Shown here: positions 13,114-24,343 of the stretch, piece after piece | Numbering within the stretch: position 1 is the first letter of the stretch | Layout: every line of letters begins with the position of its first letter | From: Salpingoeca rosetta | Taxonomy: Eukaryota > Protista > Choanoflagellata | Reading direction: 5' to 3' | Length of the DNA: 64,000 bases | NCBI GenBank assembly: GCA_033442325.1 | Contig: JAWQFM010000020.1 | Location: forward strand, 222,328-286,327 | Position numbers and translations under genes: made by a program | The notes under the pieces: model-generated | Told to the model about the DNA's origin: nothing | Database searches by the model: none | Seen by the model: only the letters and a program-made list of their open reading frames with translations

Positions 13114-14611
13114 ACTCATTCTCACACATACACACACACCACACACACACACATACATACATACATACATACACACCACACACACATACACATACACACA
13201 CCCACTCATTCTCACACATACACACACACATACACACACACCACACACACACACACACACATACATACATACATACACACCACACACACATACACACACA
13301 TTCCCATGTCATCGCACCAGCGTTGTGCCTGGCAATGTAACCGAGGGCCCATGCTGCGGCCTCCTTCACACCGGGGTCAAACTCGTCCAAGCACGTCACC
13401 AGCGCACTCACAGCCCCGCTGTCAACAACAGCCTGCAGCAAATGGTCGAGGTTGGAAGTGGTGTGAGTGAGTGTGTGTGTGTGTGCCATGTGATGTGTGT
13501 GTGTGTGTGTGCCATGTGATGTATGAGAATGGAGAAAAGGACAACGGTGCAAACAATGCGTATTGCAAGCAGGAGCGCCATACATTGTGCAGCCGTGGTC
13601 GCAACCCACCATTGCTAGCTCAGGGCTGTGTTTGGCGACGGTGCGCAGGACAAAGGCTGCGGCCTTCTTGTAGAACCTGTTCTGCTCAGCGAGGCTGTAC
13701 ACGAGCTGGGGAAGGATGTCATCGTGGACAACGGCAGCAGCCAGCTCGTCGCTGTGGTTGGCAAGGCGGCCAAGCGCAAGGGCAGCCGTCTGCAGAGAGT
13801 ACAACCACACACAGGTATCCCGCATGAGGTGGAACGAGTGCATGTGAGGGTGAGGATGCGCCAGGTGGACGACGTAAATGAACGTGGAACGTACAGCGGT
13901 GACACTCGCTGTTGACAGCAGAACAAACAGCATGTGTGTGCGAAGCAACCGCGCAAAGGAACAGCAATGCCATGCAGAATGCAGCTCATTCTCGCAACCA
14001 TGGCTGCTTGCAGCCAGTCGATGACAGGCAAGCACCGTTGGTTGCACACGAGAAGCAAGTGATTACAACACATTCCGCAGCACATGATCAACAGTGGTCA
14101 CAAGCAAGCCCACCCACCTGTTGAATTGTGGGCACTGTGTCAATCAGGAGGGGTCTGAGCAACGCCATCACACCTGCGAGGGTGGTGTTGTGTGTGAGAA
14201 GGATGGAGGGAAGATAAGAGTGGAGTGCGGCACATAATGGTGAAACAAACGATATGTTCGTGTCGGCGTCATGGGCGCAGGCATGATGCATGTCTGTGTG
14301 TGTGTGCACGCACGTACCGGCCTCGCGAAGGGCTTCGACATTTTGTGGCCGGGATGACAGATCTGCCACCGTCTGCACGAAGGACGCGCGTGCCTTTTGG
14401 TAGTTCTCAAACACTGCAAATGCCAACACGTGTTGTGTGTGTGTGTGAGTGAGTGAGTGTGAGTGTGTGTGTGGGTGCGGGAGTGAGAAGCTTTGTGAGT
14501 TTGGGACTTTGAACACACACACACACACACACAACGACACGTCGCCTATCTGGAATGCACAAAGACACACACACACACACACACACCTTGCAAGATCTGA
14601 CGGGACGTCAT
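10155..14611 (-). CDS. SPAG6: Sperm-associated antigen 6 / PF16, armadillo-repeat axonemal central-pair protein, multi-exon
   Basis: Exons MTSRQILQ/VFENYQKARASFVQTVADL, GVMALLRPLLID, QTAALALGRLANHS, NRFYKKAAAFVLRTVAKHSPELA, LDEFDPGVKEAAAWALGYIARHN, ARKQFVTSGGLKKV, INECFPEEIVRYYSPG/YSETLLQRLD; canonical GT-AG junctions where checked. Confidence 0.96.
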
Positions 14612-14735
14612 CTTGTCTGTTTCGTGTGTGTGTGCGTGCGTGAAGGTGGGAAGCGGGTGGAGGTGGTGGCGGCAGAAGAAGGAAGGTGGGTGTGCTCGCT
14701 GCTGCTTGCTGCTTGTTGTTGTTGGCGTTGGCGGT

Positions 14736-14746
14736 GGTTGGCAACC
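14736..14746 (-). promoter_or_regulatory. Candidate RFX/X-box half-site (GTTGCCA within palindromic GGTTGCCAACC) upstream of SPAG6
   Basis: GGTTGGCAACC on + lies about 125 bp upstream of the SPAG6 ATG. It matches the RFX half-site consensus typical of ciliary gene promoters. Confidence 0.55.
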
Positions 14747-15156
14747 AAAACAACGAAAATTACCCCAAATCATTCACCAATTGCCAAACCTTTTTGGGTG
14801 TGCGTGAATGAGTGAGCGTGAGTGAGTGAGTGTGTGAGTGTGTGTGTGAGTGTGTGTGCGTGTGTCTCGCTCTGTTGCTTGCTTGGCCCTTGTTGCTGTT
14901 TGCTTGCTGACTCCACAGCGTGTTCCATGCGTGGCAGGAACAAGAGCAAAGAAGAAGAAGAAAAACAAGAAGACGAAGACGAAGAAGGAAAGCTCAGAGC
15001 AAGCATACAGCACAGCAAACGCACAAAAAAGAGTACAAAGCAAACCAGGCAAGCAAGGACCACAAGGAGGAGAACACCAACTACAACGCCGAATCAAAGA
15101 ACAACAATGCACAATGCTAGGTTGGGCACACTTTACAGTGCGTGCCTGTATGTGTG

Positions 15157-15602
15157 TCATGACCTTGTGTAAATGTGGTTGAACGTGACCACCCCAATGC
15201 ACACCACAGACCACACAACCACGAACAAAATCCAGCCCTTGTGTGAGAAGAAAGACCTGGCATGGTGCGAGGGTGCGTGTGGGAGTACATGTGAGGGTGA
15301 AGGTGAATATGCATGTGTAAGAGCATGCGAGGATGCACACGAGAGCGCGTTGATGCGTGTGTTTGTCTCAATATGACCAAAACACGAGACAGGTAGTGAG
15401 GCACACATGCAAGCTACACACACTCACGGCACCACGGGGAGTCTTACGCGTGAGGATTGTCGTATGTCTCAAAGACGCGCCTGGCCTTTTGGCGGGCAAA
15501 GTAGCACAGCAGGGCCGGGATGACGTATTGAATGCCGACACCAGCATATGACCTGACATCAACCAAGCAACAGCGTGCAGCAGAGAATGAGTGAGTGAGT
15601 GA

Positions 15603-15637
<35 letters not shown>

Positions 15638-16004
15638 TGTGTGTGTGAGAGAGGGTGTGTGTGTGTGTGATGGTGTGTGTGTGAGTGCGGATTGTGTGTG
15701 AAGTAGGAGCAAGGGTAAGAGGAGGAGTGGGAGCAAGGGTAAGAGAGAGGGCTAAAGAAGAATACGAATGCTCCCACAGCGCAACATCCATCTCCGAGTG
15801 CTCACACCCCAACAGTCACCAACCCACCATCACCAACCCACCATCACACCCATCACCCCAACACCCCGCCCGCCCGCACGGGTGCTGCTGGCGTACCCGG
15901 TGAATGAGACGAGGAAGCCGACGTCCTCCGTGAAGTAGCCGACCAGGATTGGCGGGCCAATTGCAGCAATAGGCAGCACAAACTGGCGTTGCAGCAACAC
16001 GCGT

Positions 16005-16093
<89 letters not shown>

Positions 16094-16273
16094 AAGTGGA
16101 AAGGAAGGGGGGCGGTGTTGGTGAGCAAGCATGTATGGTTGAAGGTGGATGGGGAATAAATAAGTCCGTTCGCAGACATGCACAAGCCGAACAAAAGAAA
16201 AGGAAACACACACACACACACACAACATACGCATCCACACACACACACACACACACAACATACGCATCCACAC

Positions 16274-16319
<46 letters not shown>

Positions 16320-16769
16320 CATACGCACCCGTGTGACCCATGCTGGGAAGGGCCTGTCTGGGGGCTCAAAGAGATGTCGCAGGTTGTTGCGCAGCGTAAT
16401 GGCGATAATCGGGAAATTCGCACTGCAAGCACACAAGCGCAGAGAACACGTGTATATGTGTGTGCGTGTGTGTGTTTGCGTGTGAGCGAAAGGGAGGTGG
16501 CGTGTAGAATGTGGAATGGGCTGTGACCAGCAGGCATGCTGACACACACGCGCACGCATGTGCAGGCGCGCACGCACGCGCACATCACCCGACCTGAGCG
16601 TGAAGACAGGGAAGAGGCCGAGGAAGTATGAGACAAACTTGGACGGGAAGTCCGTGAAGTTGAGCGTGTACAAATCCTTCAAACTGTCCGCTGTGAGGAG
16701 TTGCAGGACGGCAGCGCGGACAACGTGGACGGAAGAAAGTGGGGTTGAGACAATCATTCACGTTTTCGC

Positions 16770-16813
<44 letters not shown>

Positions 16814-17800
16814 TGGCACAGCGCTCCCACTTGGACATTGCGTCACAACATCGACAATGTCTGCATTGCGTCACGGACCTTGGAACCTGAAGACGGCGGT
16901 GAGGGAGAGGAGGGCGTAGAAGAGGAAGCACAGCAGGAAATCAAGCGACAGCACCGTCCCAAGCGTTTTCTTCCGCGTAATCGGCGTCAGTAGCGAAGGC
17001 AAGCTGTGATCAGTTGGTGAACAGTCAGGATTGGGGGAGGGGGGAGGGGTGAGGAGTTATCGTGGTTGTTGTGTTGACTCTTGCTTCATCGCACGGATAC
17101 ACGCACAAATACACACATACGCACAGGCACACCCTCTGTGCAGCTGTTGGTGCGTGAATGTGAGCCATGGCAACGTGAACCGACATCAGTCAGCGACACG
17201 CACCTGTGATGGCACATGAACGAGTAGATGGAGACGCCAAAGAGGACCGGAAGTCCGGTGGCCTTGAAAGTGCTGACGTCAGACGCATGCGGCACGTGGT
17301 CGTCGTGGTTGAAGCCCTGGAGGGTCGGTGGGCGTTGTCAAGGGAGGAGACGCGTTGTGAGGTGAGGATGATCAGGGGATGAGGTAAGAAGCACGGATAG
17401 AGTGGTGGACAATGAGTGAAACAAACAAACAAACAAACAAACAAACAAACAAACAAACAAACAAACAAACAAACAAACAAACAAACAAACAAACAAATAA
17501 ACAAACAAACACACAAACGCGCGTGTGGGACCTTTTTGTTTGCAATGCCGATGAGGGCGATGACGATCATGATGATGAACGTGGACCAGCGCATGACGGT
17601 GGTGAAGATCTGCAGCGCTTTCGTCTTCTGCGCATTGAAGAAGCAGAAGGGACCGAGCACCACCGCAAATGCAGTCTGGCATGCACAGCGACAACAACGG
17701 CGGTGAGGAGTTGTGGTGGTGGTAGTGGCGATGGCAGTGAGTGGAAAACAAACCTCTTGGGCATGGAAGCAGCAATCAGCAGAAACACACACGCACACAC

Positions 17801-17841
<41 letters not shown>

Positions 17842-19820
17842 CACACACGCAGACACAAGACGAGCGGCGAAGCGGTGTGTCTGACCAGGAAGACGTAGTA
17901 TGCCTGCTGGGAGTCGAGCGTGCCCATGCAGTGGTGGTGGGCATAGGTGTGGTTCTCGTGGTGCGAGTGCGAATGCGCCTGGTGCGAAAGATTGCCGCTG
18001 TGTGCGTGTATATATGGAGAAGGACAGAGAGAGAAAGCGTGAGTGAGGGTGTGTGCGAGGTTGTATGAAAGGGTGTGAGAGCCAGGAGCAAGCACAACTA
18101 TTCCCGCGCGCACGCGCATACACACATCACACATCACACATACACGCACCAGGCGACGGACTGAAGGGACTTTGGGATTGCGACGACGTAGATGCAGAGG
18201 TCGCCGTAGAGATAGATGACGATGCATGCATAGAAGAAGCGAAGGCCCCACGTGGAGAAGAACATCTTGGCCATCTCCGCCTGGCATCATCATCACCACA
18301 ACAAGCACAAGCACCACCACAACAAGCACAAGCACCACAAGCACAACCAGCACAACAAGCAGCACAAGGAGCACATCCAGCGTGACAGTGCGTGTGTCGC
18401 AGAGAGATTAGATTGCACAAACGGAACATGGCGCGAAAAGCGTGAGAGAGGCGCTCGCGGTGAGATGTTGGAGAGGGAACACAGGGGCGAGGGCACGGGT
18501 GCGAGGTTGTGTGGTACAAAACAAGATGATGCAGAGGCCCAGCCATGTATACGAGTGTGCTGAGTGCGAGAGAAGCTCAAGCATGGGCGAACCATTCGCA
18601 TGCGCATGTGGTCCCTGCCCTCACCATCTCTGTGCGGTGCGTAATCTCAAACGGATTGGCGGCCTCTGTTTCATCTGCGCAGATGTGTCAGGGGTGATGA
18701 TGGGGTGGTGACGATGCAAACACAAGTCAGTGGGTGTACTTTGCGCGTACGCTGCCTTCATTGGCAATCCTATCCACACCACAACACGCTGCAGCGCCCC
18801 ACCCAGCACACACACACACATAACGAGCGTGCGAAACTCACTGATGAGGGGCGCAACCTCGGAGCTCTATGTGGCGGGCAGCAGCGTTGTCAATAACGGT
18901 CAAAGTGCGATTGGTGGCGGGGGTGAGCGTCGAAGATGGAGAGGGTTGTTGTTGTTGTTGTTGTTGTTAATGGTTGTTGTGCGACGCAAAGTGGTGCGCT
19001 TGGTGACGCTGTGCAACCGGCATGCGAAGACGCGGAAGCAATGCGGGGCAGCATATACCTGCACATGCCGTTGTCTCTCCTCGTGGCGGCGAAAGCGGTT
19101 GGCGATGGCCATGGCCTCGATCATAAAGGTGACCGTCAAGTACGAGAAGGCCGCAAGCAGAGCAACGAGAATGCATCCTGTCAAGCACAAGCACGACATT
19201 CATACGCGCACGCACGACGACGACATGGCACAGGCACATGAGCTGGGCTGAGTCAGGGATCGCGAGATGTGAACAAAACCTTGTGCTGAATGTGTGTGGG
19301 TCATTGTGGCTGTGTGTGTGGAAACGTGTGTGTGGTTTGTGTGTTTGTGCGTGCGTGTGATTGTGTGTCAGCTGTGTTTGCACGTGTGTGGAGCCGCAAA
19401 GCCCTTTCTGCGTGGCCTTTGCTGCATCTGCTGTATTTGCTATAACGCACCTCCAATGTAACCGCTCTCGCTGAAGGCCTTTGGCATGGCCAGTGCGCCT
19501 GCGCCGACGATCAAGTTGAAGACATACACGCCACCCACCTGCACGATGTGTTGGTGGGTTGATGGTGTGTTGTGAGTTGTGATGGTTCAACACAGACAAG
19601 CGTGGCAACAAGACAAACTCTCACACACATGTTGACACAAGCAAGCCAGCTAGCACAAGCTGGCAGACGAGCTGACACACAAGCTGGCACATAAGCTGGC
19701 AGACGAGCTGACAACACATCAACGCGCACAACAACATACATGCACAACAACACACACACATCAACAACATCATACCAGGGGTGAGTACGTGGAGCCGTCA
19801 TCCACGCCGCCGCCAGCCAT
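15157..19820 (-). CDS. TMEM104: TMEM104-like amino acid transporter (Aa_trans family), multi-exon
   Basis: Exons MAGGGVDDGSTYSPL, GGVYVFNLIVGAGALAMPKAF, AFSYLTVTFMIEAMAIAN, LGPFCFFNAQKTKALQIFTT, GLPVLFGVSIYSFMCHH, YFLGLFPVFTL/ANFPIIAITLRNNL, GSYAGVGIQYVIPA, GWILFVVVWSVVCI..RS*. An alternative ATG lies at 20541 in the duplicated copy. Confidence 0.9.
17420..17512. repeat. (AAAC)n microsatellite in a TMEM104 intron
   Basis: Read directly. Confidence 0.95.
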
Positions 19821-20692
19821 CGTTGCTCTGGCTGGTTGGTTTGGTTGTTGTTGGAGGGGATTGAAAAATGGGCCTATACGACAGGCATATAGAGTAGTCG
19901 TTGTGATGGCGGTGGTTCGAAGCCATCCATCATCTTCGATGATGACTCACACGATTCATTGCTCGCGCGCTTTGTGATGTGACGTGACACTGACCGCGCA
20001 CTAGAGGGACCTCGTAGAACACACTGAGTGGCTGTGTGTGTGGAACGTGTGTGTGGTTTGTGTGTTTGTGCGTGCGTGTGATTGTGTGTCAGCTGTGTTT
20101 GCACGTGTGTGGAGCCGCAAAGCCCTTTCTGCGTGGCCTTTGCTGCATCTGCTGTATTTGCTATAACGCACCTCCAATGTAACCGCTCTCGCTGAAGGCC
20201 TTTGGCATGGCCAGTGCGCCTGCGCCGACGATCAAGTTGAAGACATACACGCCACCCACCTGCACGATGTGTTGGTGGGTTGATGGTGTGTTGTGAGTTG
20301 TGATGGTTCAACACAGACAAGCGTGGCAACAAGACAAACTCTCACACACATGTTGACACAAGCAAGCCAGCTAGCACAAGCTGGCAGACGAGCTGACACA
20401 CAAGCTGGCACATAAGCTGGCAGACGAGCTGACAACACATCAACGCGCACAACAACATACATGCACAACAACACACACACATCAACAACATCATACCAGG
20501 GGTGAGTACGTGGAGCCGTCATCCACGCCGCCGCCAGCCATCGTTGCTCTGGCTGGTTGGTTTGGTTGTTGTTGGAGGGGATTGAAAATGGCCTATACGA
20601 CAGCATATAGAGTAGTCGTTGTGATGGCGGTGGTTCGAAGCCATCCATCATCTTCGATGATTGCTCGCGCGCTTTGTGATGTGACGTGACAC
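19310..20692. repeat. Near-identical tandem duplication (period 721 bp) containing TMEM104 exons 1-2 and upstream sequence
   Basis: 19323-~19990 recurs at 20044-~20692; the ORF track shows identical peptides (MLPRLSVLNHHNSQ..., MTAPRTHPWYDVV...) twice. Confidence 0.95.
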
Positions 20693-20883
20693 ACACACAC
20701 ACACACCACAACCACAGACACACCACAACCATAGACACACATCGTTCTCACAAGCAAGCAAGCAAGCCAAGCGAGGGGTCGTGTGCGCATGCGCATTCAC
20801 CACAGCTCAAGACACACGGTTGGAGCGACACAGCAGGAAAGAAGGAAAAGCGTCATCAACACCACCACATCACCACTCTCGTC

Positions 20884-21946
20884 ATGTCGGGTTTGAGAAG
20901 GGCGGCAAAGCACCGTATGCAGAATCGCCCTGCGTGCGAGCTTCTGGCAAAGGAAGCAACATGCAAAGGCGAAACCCCGCCAACACAGGAACAGCTTGAC
21001 GCCATCATCGTCGACATGCAAGACACGTGCGTGCACTCGAGTGGTTCTCGATGGCCTGCTTTCTCTCCATGCGTATGTGCGTGCGTGCGTACACCATGCA
21101 GCTCTCGATGGGAGGGTGTGGCGATCTCACCAGAAACAACCGCTTGTGTGCTTGTGTGCTTGTGTGCTTGTGTGATCGTGTCACTGCACAGATTCCAGCG
21201 ACAGCTGATGATGCGCGTCTTCACCAAGCGCCTCCAAGATTCAGGCCACTTGTGGTCCCACCCGTTCAAGGTGAGACCACTGTGCACCTGTGCATGTGTG
21301 TGTGTGTGTGTGTGCGTGTGTGTGTGTGTGCGTGCGTGCATGTGCGTGTGCGTGTGCGTGTGTGACTGTTTGTGTGCACATGTGTGTGCATGGTCGTGGT
21401 AATTGCAAAAGAAGCGCAACACTGCATGTCTGTGACGTTTGTTCCACACATCACAGCTAGCCCGCCGTTTCCAAGCTCACAGTGCCTGCCTGCTTTGTCA
21501 GGTGCTCCACGTGTTTGAGTACATTCTTCGCAACGGCAACCCTACCCTGATCACTGACATCTACGTCGTGCGCACTCACATCGCTTCCCTGCGAGGTAAA
21601 CCAATCCCCCGAACCACCACCACGCGCGGGAGGTTGTGTACCCTGTGAGTACTTTTATTGTTGCGCCCGCTGACACCCTATTTTTGTCTCTCCTGCGCTC
21701 CTGCGTGTTGCCTGCTCGCCCGTGTCGGGTTTGCAGCGTTCACCTACTTTGACAAGGACAGGAACGGCGTCGATCGTGGTGCTGCTGGTGAGTTGTCATC
21801 CTGCAGAGGCACGAGCTCATCACGTGCATACGTGTGTGACTCAGCTAAAGTCATCTTGCTGACTCACGCAACTGCGGGCTGTGGTGGTTGACTCTTCCCA
21901 CACCACTGCGATGTGTCATCCTTCAAGTCCTCACACGTGTGCTCAT

Positions 21947-22021
<75 letters not shown>

Positions 22022-22350
22022 AACCAGTGCGCGCGCAGGCGGGCGTTGTCCTTCAGCTGCTGGACCGTTGGGCACAAGAGGATGACAACACGGGGTTTGT
22101 CTCCTCTTCGGCATCCTCATCCATCGGACCGAGCTTGCATGCAGGCAACTCACAGCCAAGCAGCAGCTCGCAGTCCTCAAGCTACGGCTTCCACAACATG
22201 GCCTCTCCTTTCGTCTATGATGATGGTGGCAGTGGCAGTGGCAACGGCAACGGCAACGGTGCCGTAACAAGTGCACCACATGGGCAGCTGCTTGGCCCAC
22301 CACCAACATCGTCCCCGCCGCCGCCACCACCGCAGCACCAACAGCCATCG

Positions 22351-22382
<32 letters not shown>

Positions 22383-22653
22383 GCGGCAAAACGGACGGCC
22401 ACTCCCCACCCGCCCACCTGCCAACCGGCACCACGCTGACGCTGGCACATGGGCACAACACCAGCATCCCACGTTGGCACCAGGAACACCAGCAGCAGCA
22501 GCAGCAGCAACAACGTCGTCGGTGACAGCGCCAGCCACGCCGGCGACTCCCACCAACAAGGGCACGCCGCTGTCCCGTGGCGGGAGCGTGCCAACCTCCG
22601 AACGCATCGCACGGCAGCGCCGGGCGCACCAGCAGTGGCAACAACAGCAGGCG

Positions 22654-22685
<32 letters not shown>

Positions 22686-23547
22686 GCAGCAACAAGGTTA
22701 TGGTGCACCCCGCCCACCTTCGCCTGAGTACGATCAGCCACTCGTCCGCAGCGGTGGATCCGTGCACGCGTACACATCTTCCAACCACGTGCCTGCAGGC
22801 ACGCCATATAGCCAGCAACACGGGCAATTTGACAACGGCAACGGCAATGAGGAGCCCGTTTATGCGGTGCCGTATGCGCACACGCGTGTTGCGGGCGGGC
22901 AACAGCAGCCAGCGCCGGACTACTCGGCGCTTGTGGACCCTGTGCTGCTGACACACGGGGAGGACCCAAGCAGCGGGTACTATGATCCCATGCAGCTTGT
23001 TCGCCAGCAGCATGCCGCGCGCACAGCCCACCCGTCCCGCGCCACCGCCTCCATCTCCGCACGCGCAGCCTCGCACGCCTCCCAGCAGCCAGCGTATGTA
23101 CAGCCACTGGCAGGCCCACAGTCCCCACACTACAGCCACCAGCACCAGCACCAGCAGCAACACCAACACCAACATCAGCAACCGCAACACCAGCCCACCC
23201 ATCAATACCAACAGCCGCCACCACCGCCTGCCATCACGACAGCACCACCTCCACAGTCACAGCCACCATCCCTTCAAGAGCCCGTCTCCGCCACACTTTC
23301 GCCGACAACGGCCACAACAACGACAGCAGCACCCCAGCATGTCGTGCACACCAATGGTGTGTCGGGTGGTGCACACGCGAGCGACGACGACGATGGGGAA
23401 GAGGACGAGGAAGAAGATGCTGAGTTGGCCGAGGCAAAGCGGCGCAGCGTTGCAGAGGCGCGCTTCCGGCAGTTTATTGAGGAGGAGAGGAGGGCGGAGG
23501 AAGAACAGCTTGCACTCGTGCTGGAACTGAGCAAAGTCGAGATGTGA
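20884..23547 (+). CDS. ENTH-domain (epsin-like) adaptor with long Q/P-rich linker and C-terminal UIMs, multi-exon
   Basis: ENTH exons ELLAKEATCKGETPPTQEQL, MRVFTKRLQDSGHLWSHPFK, VLHVFEYILRNGN, FTYFDKDRNGVDRGAA/VRAQAGVVLQLL. UIM-like motifs EEDAELAEAKRRSV and EEEQLALVLELSKVEM*. Confidence 0.85.
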
Positions 23548-23595
23548 CGGCACGGAGGTGACCCACCTCTTGACTCGATGGCGGAAGTGCCGGCA

Positions 23596-23670
<75 letters not shown>

Positions 23671-23950
23671 TGGGGGGGGGGGTGTTGCCATGGCGTGTTT
23701 TGTTGGGTGTGTGTGGTTTGGAGGCGCTGGTGCAAGAGGAGAGGGACCGGATGGGTGCAGTCTGGCTTCTTGTTGTGACACGTGAATTCGATGATGCAGC
23801 TATTCGACTTGTTCCATTAAACAACATACAAACCCCACAGCGAGCGAAGCGAGACGTGCTCATGTGATTGAATGTGTGTGTGTGCGTGTGCGTGTGCGTG
23901 TGCGTGTGCGTACATGTGTGTGCGTACATGTGTGTGTGCGTGTGCGTGTG

Positions 23951-24104
23951 TCACTTTGCGTAGAATGCCTGGCCGGATAAGAGCACGTTCGGTGCCATGG
24001 CCACAGACACAATCAGCGCAGCCACGTCCCGCGCAGCAAGGCAGTCCGACGCATCCTAACATGTGCATGCGTGTGCAGTGTGTGTGTGTGTACGTGTGTG
24101 TGTA

Positions 24105-24161
<57 letters not shown>

Positions 24162-24270
24162 TATGCGTGAGAGAGGAGCTATGGGGTGCAATCCCTCCTC
24201 CAATGAGTCTGAAAGGCACGTCGTGCCGTGTGTGTGTGTGCGTGTGTGCACTCAAAATGTAGCGGACATG

Positions 24271-24343
<73 letters not shown>

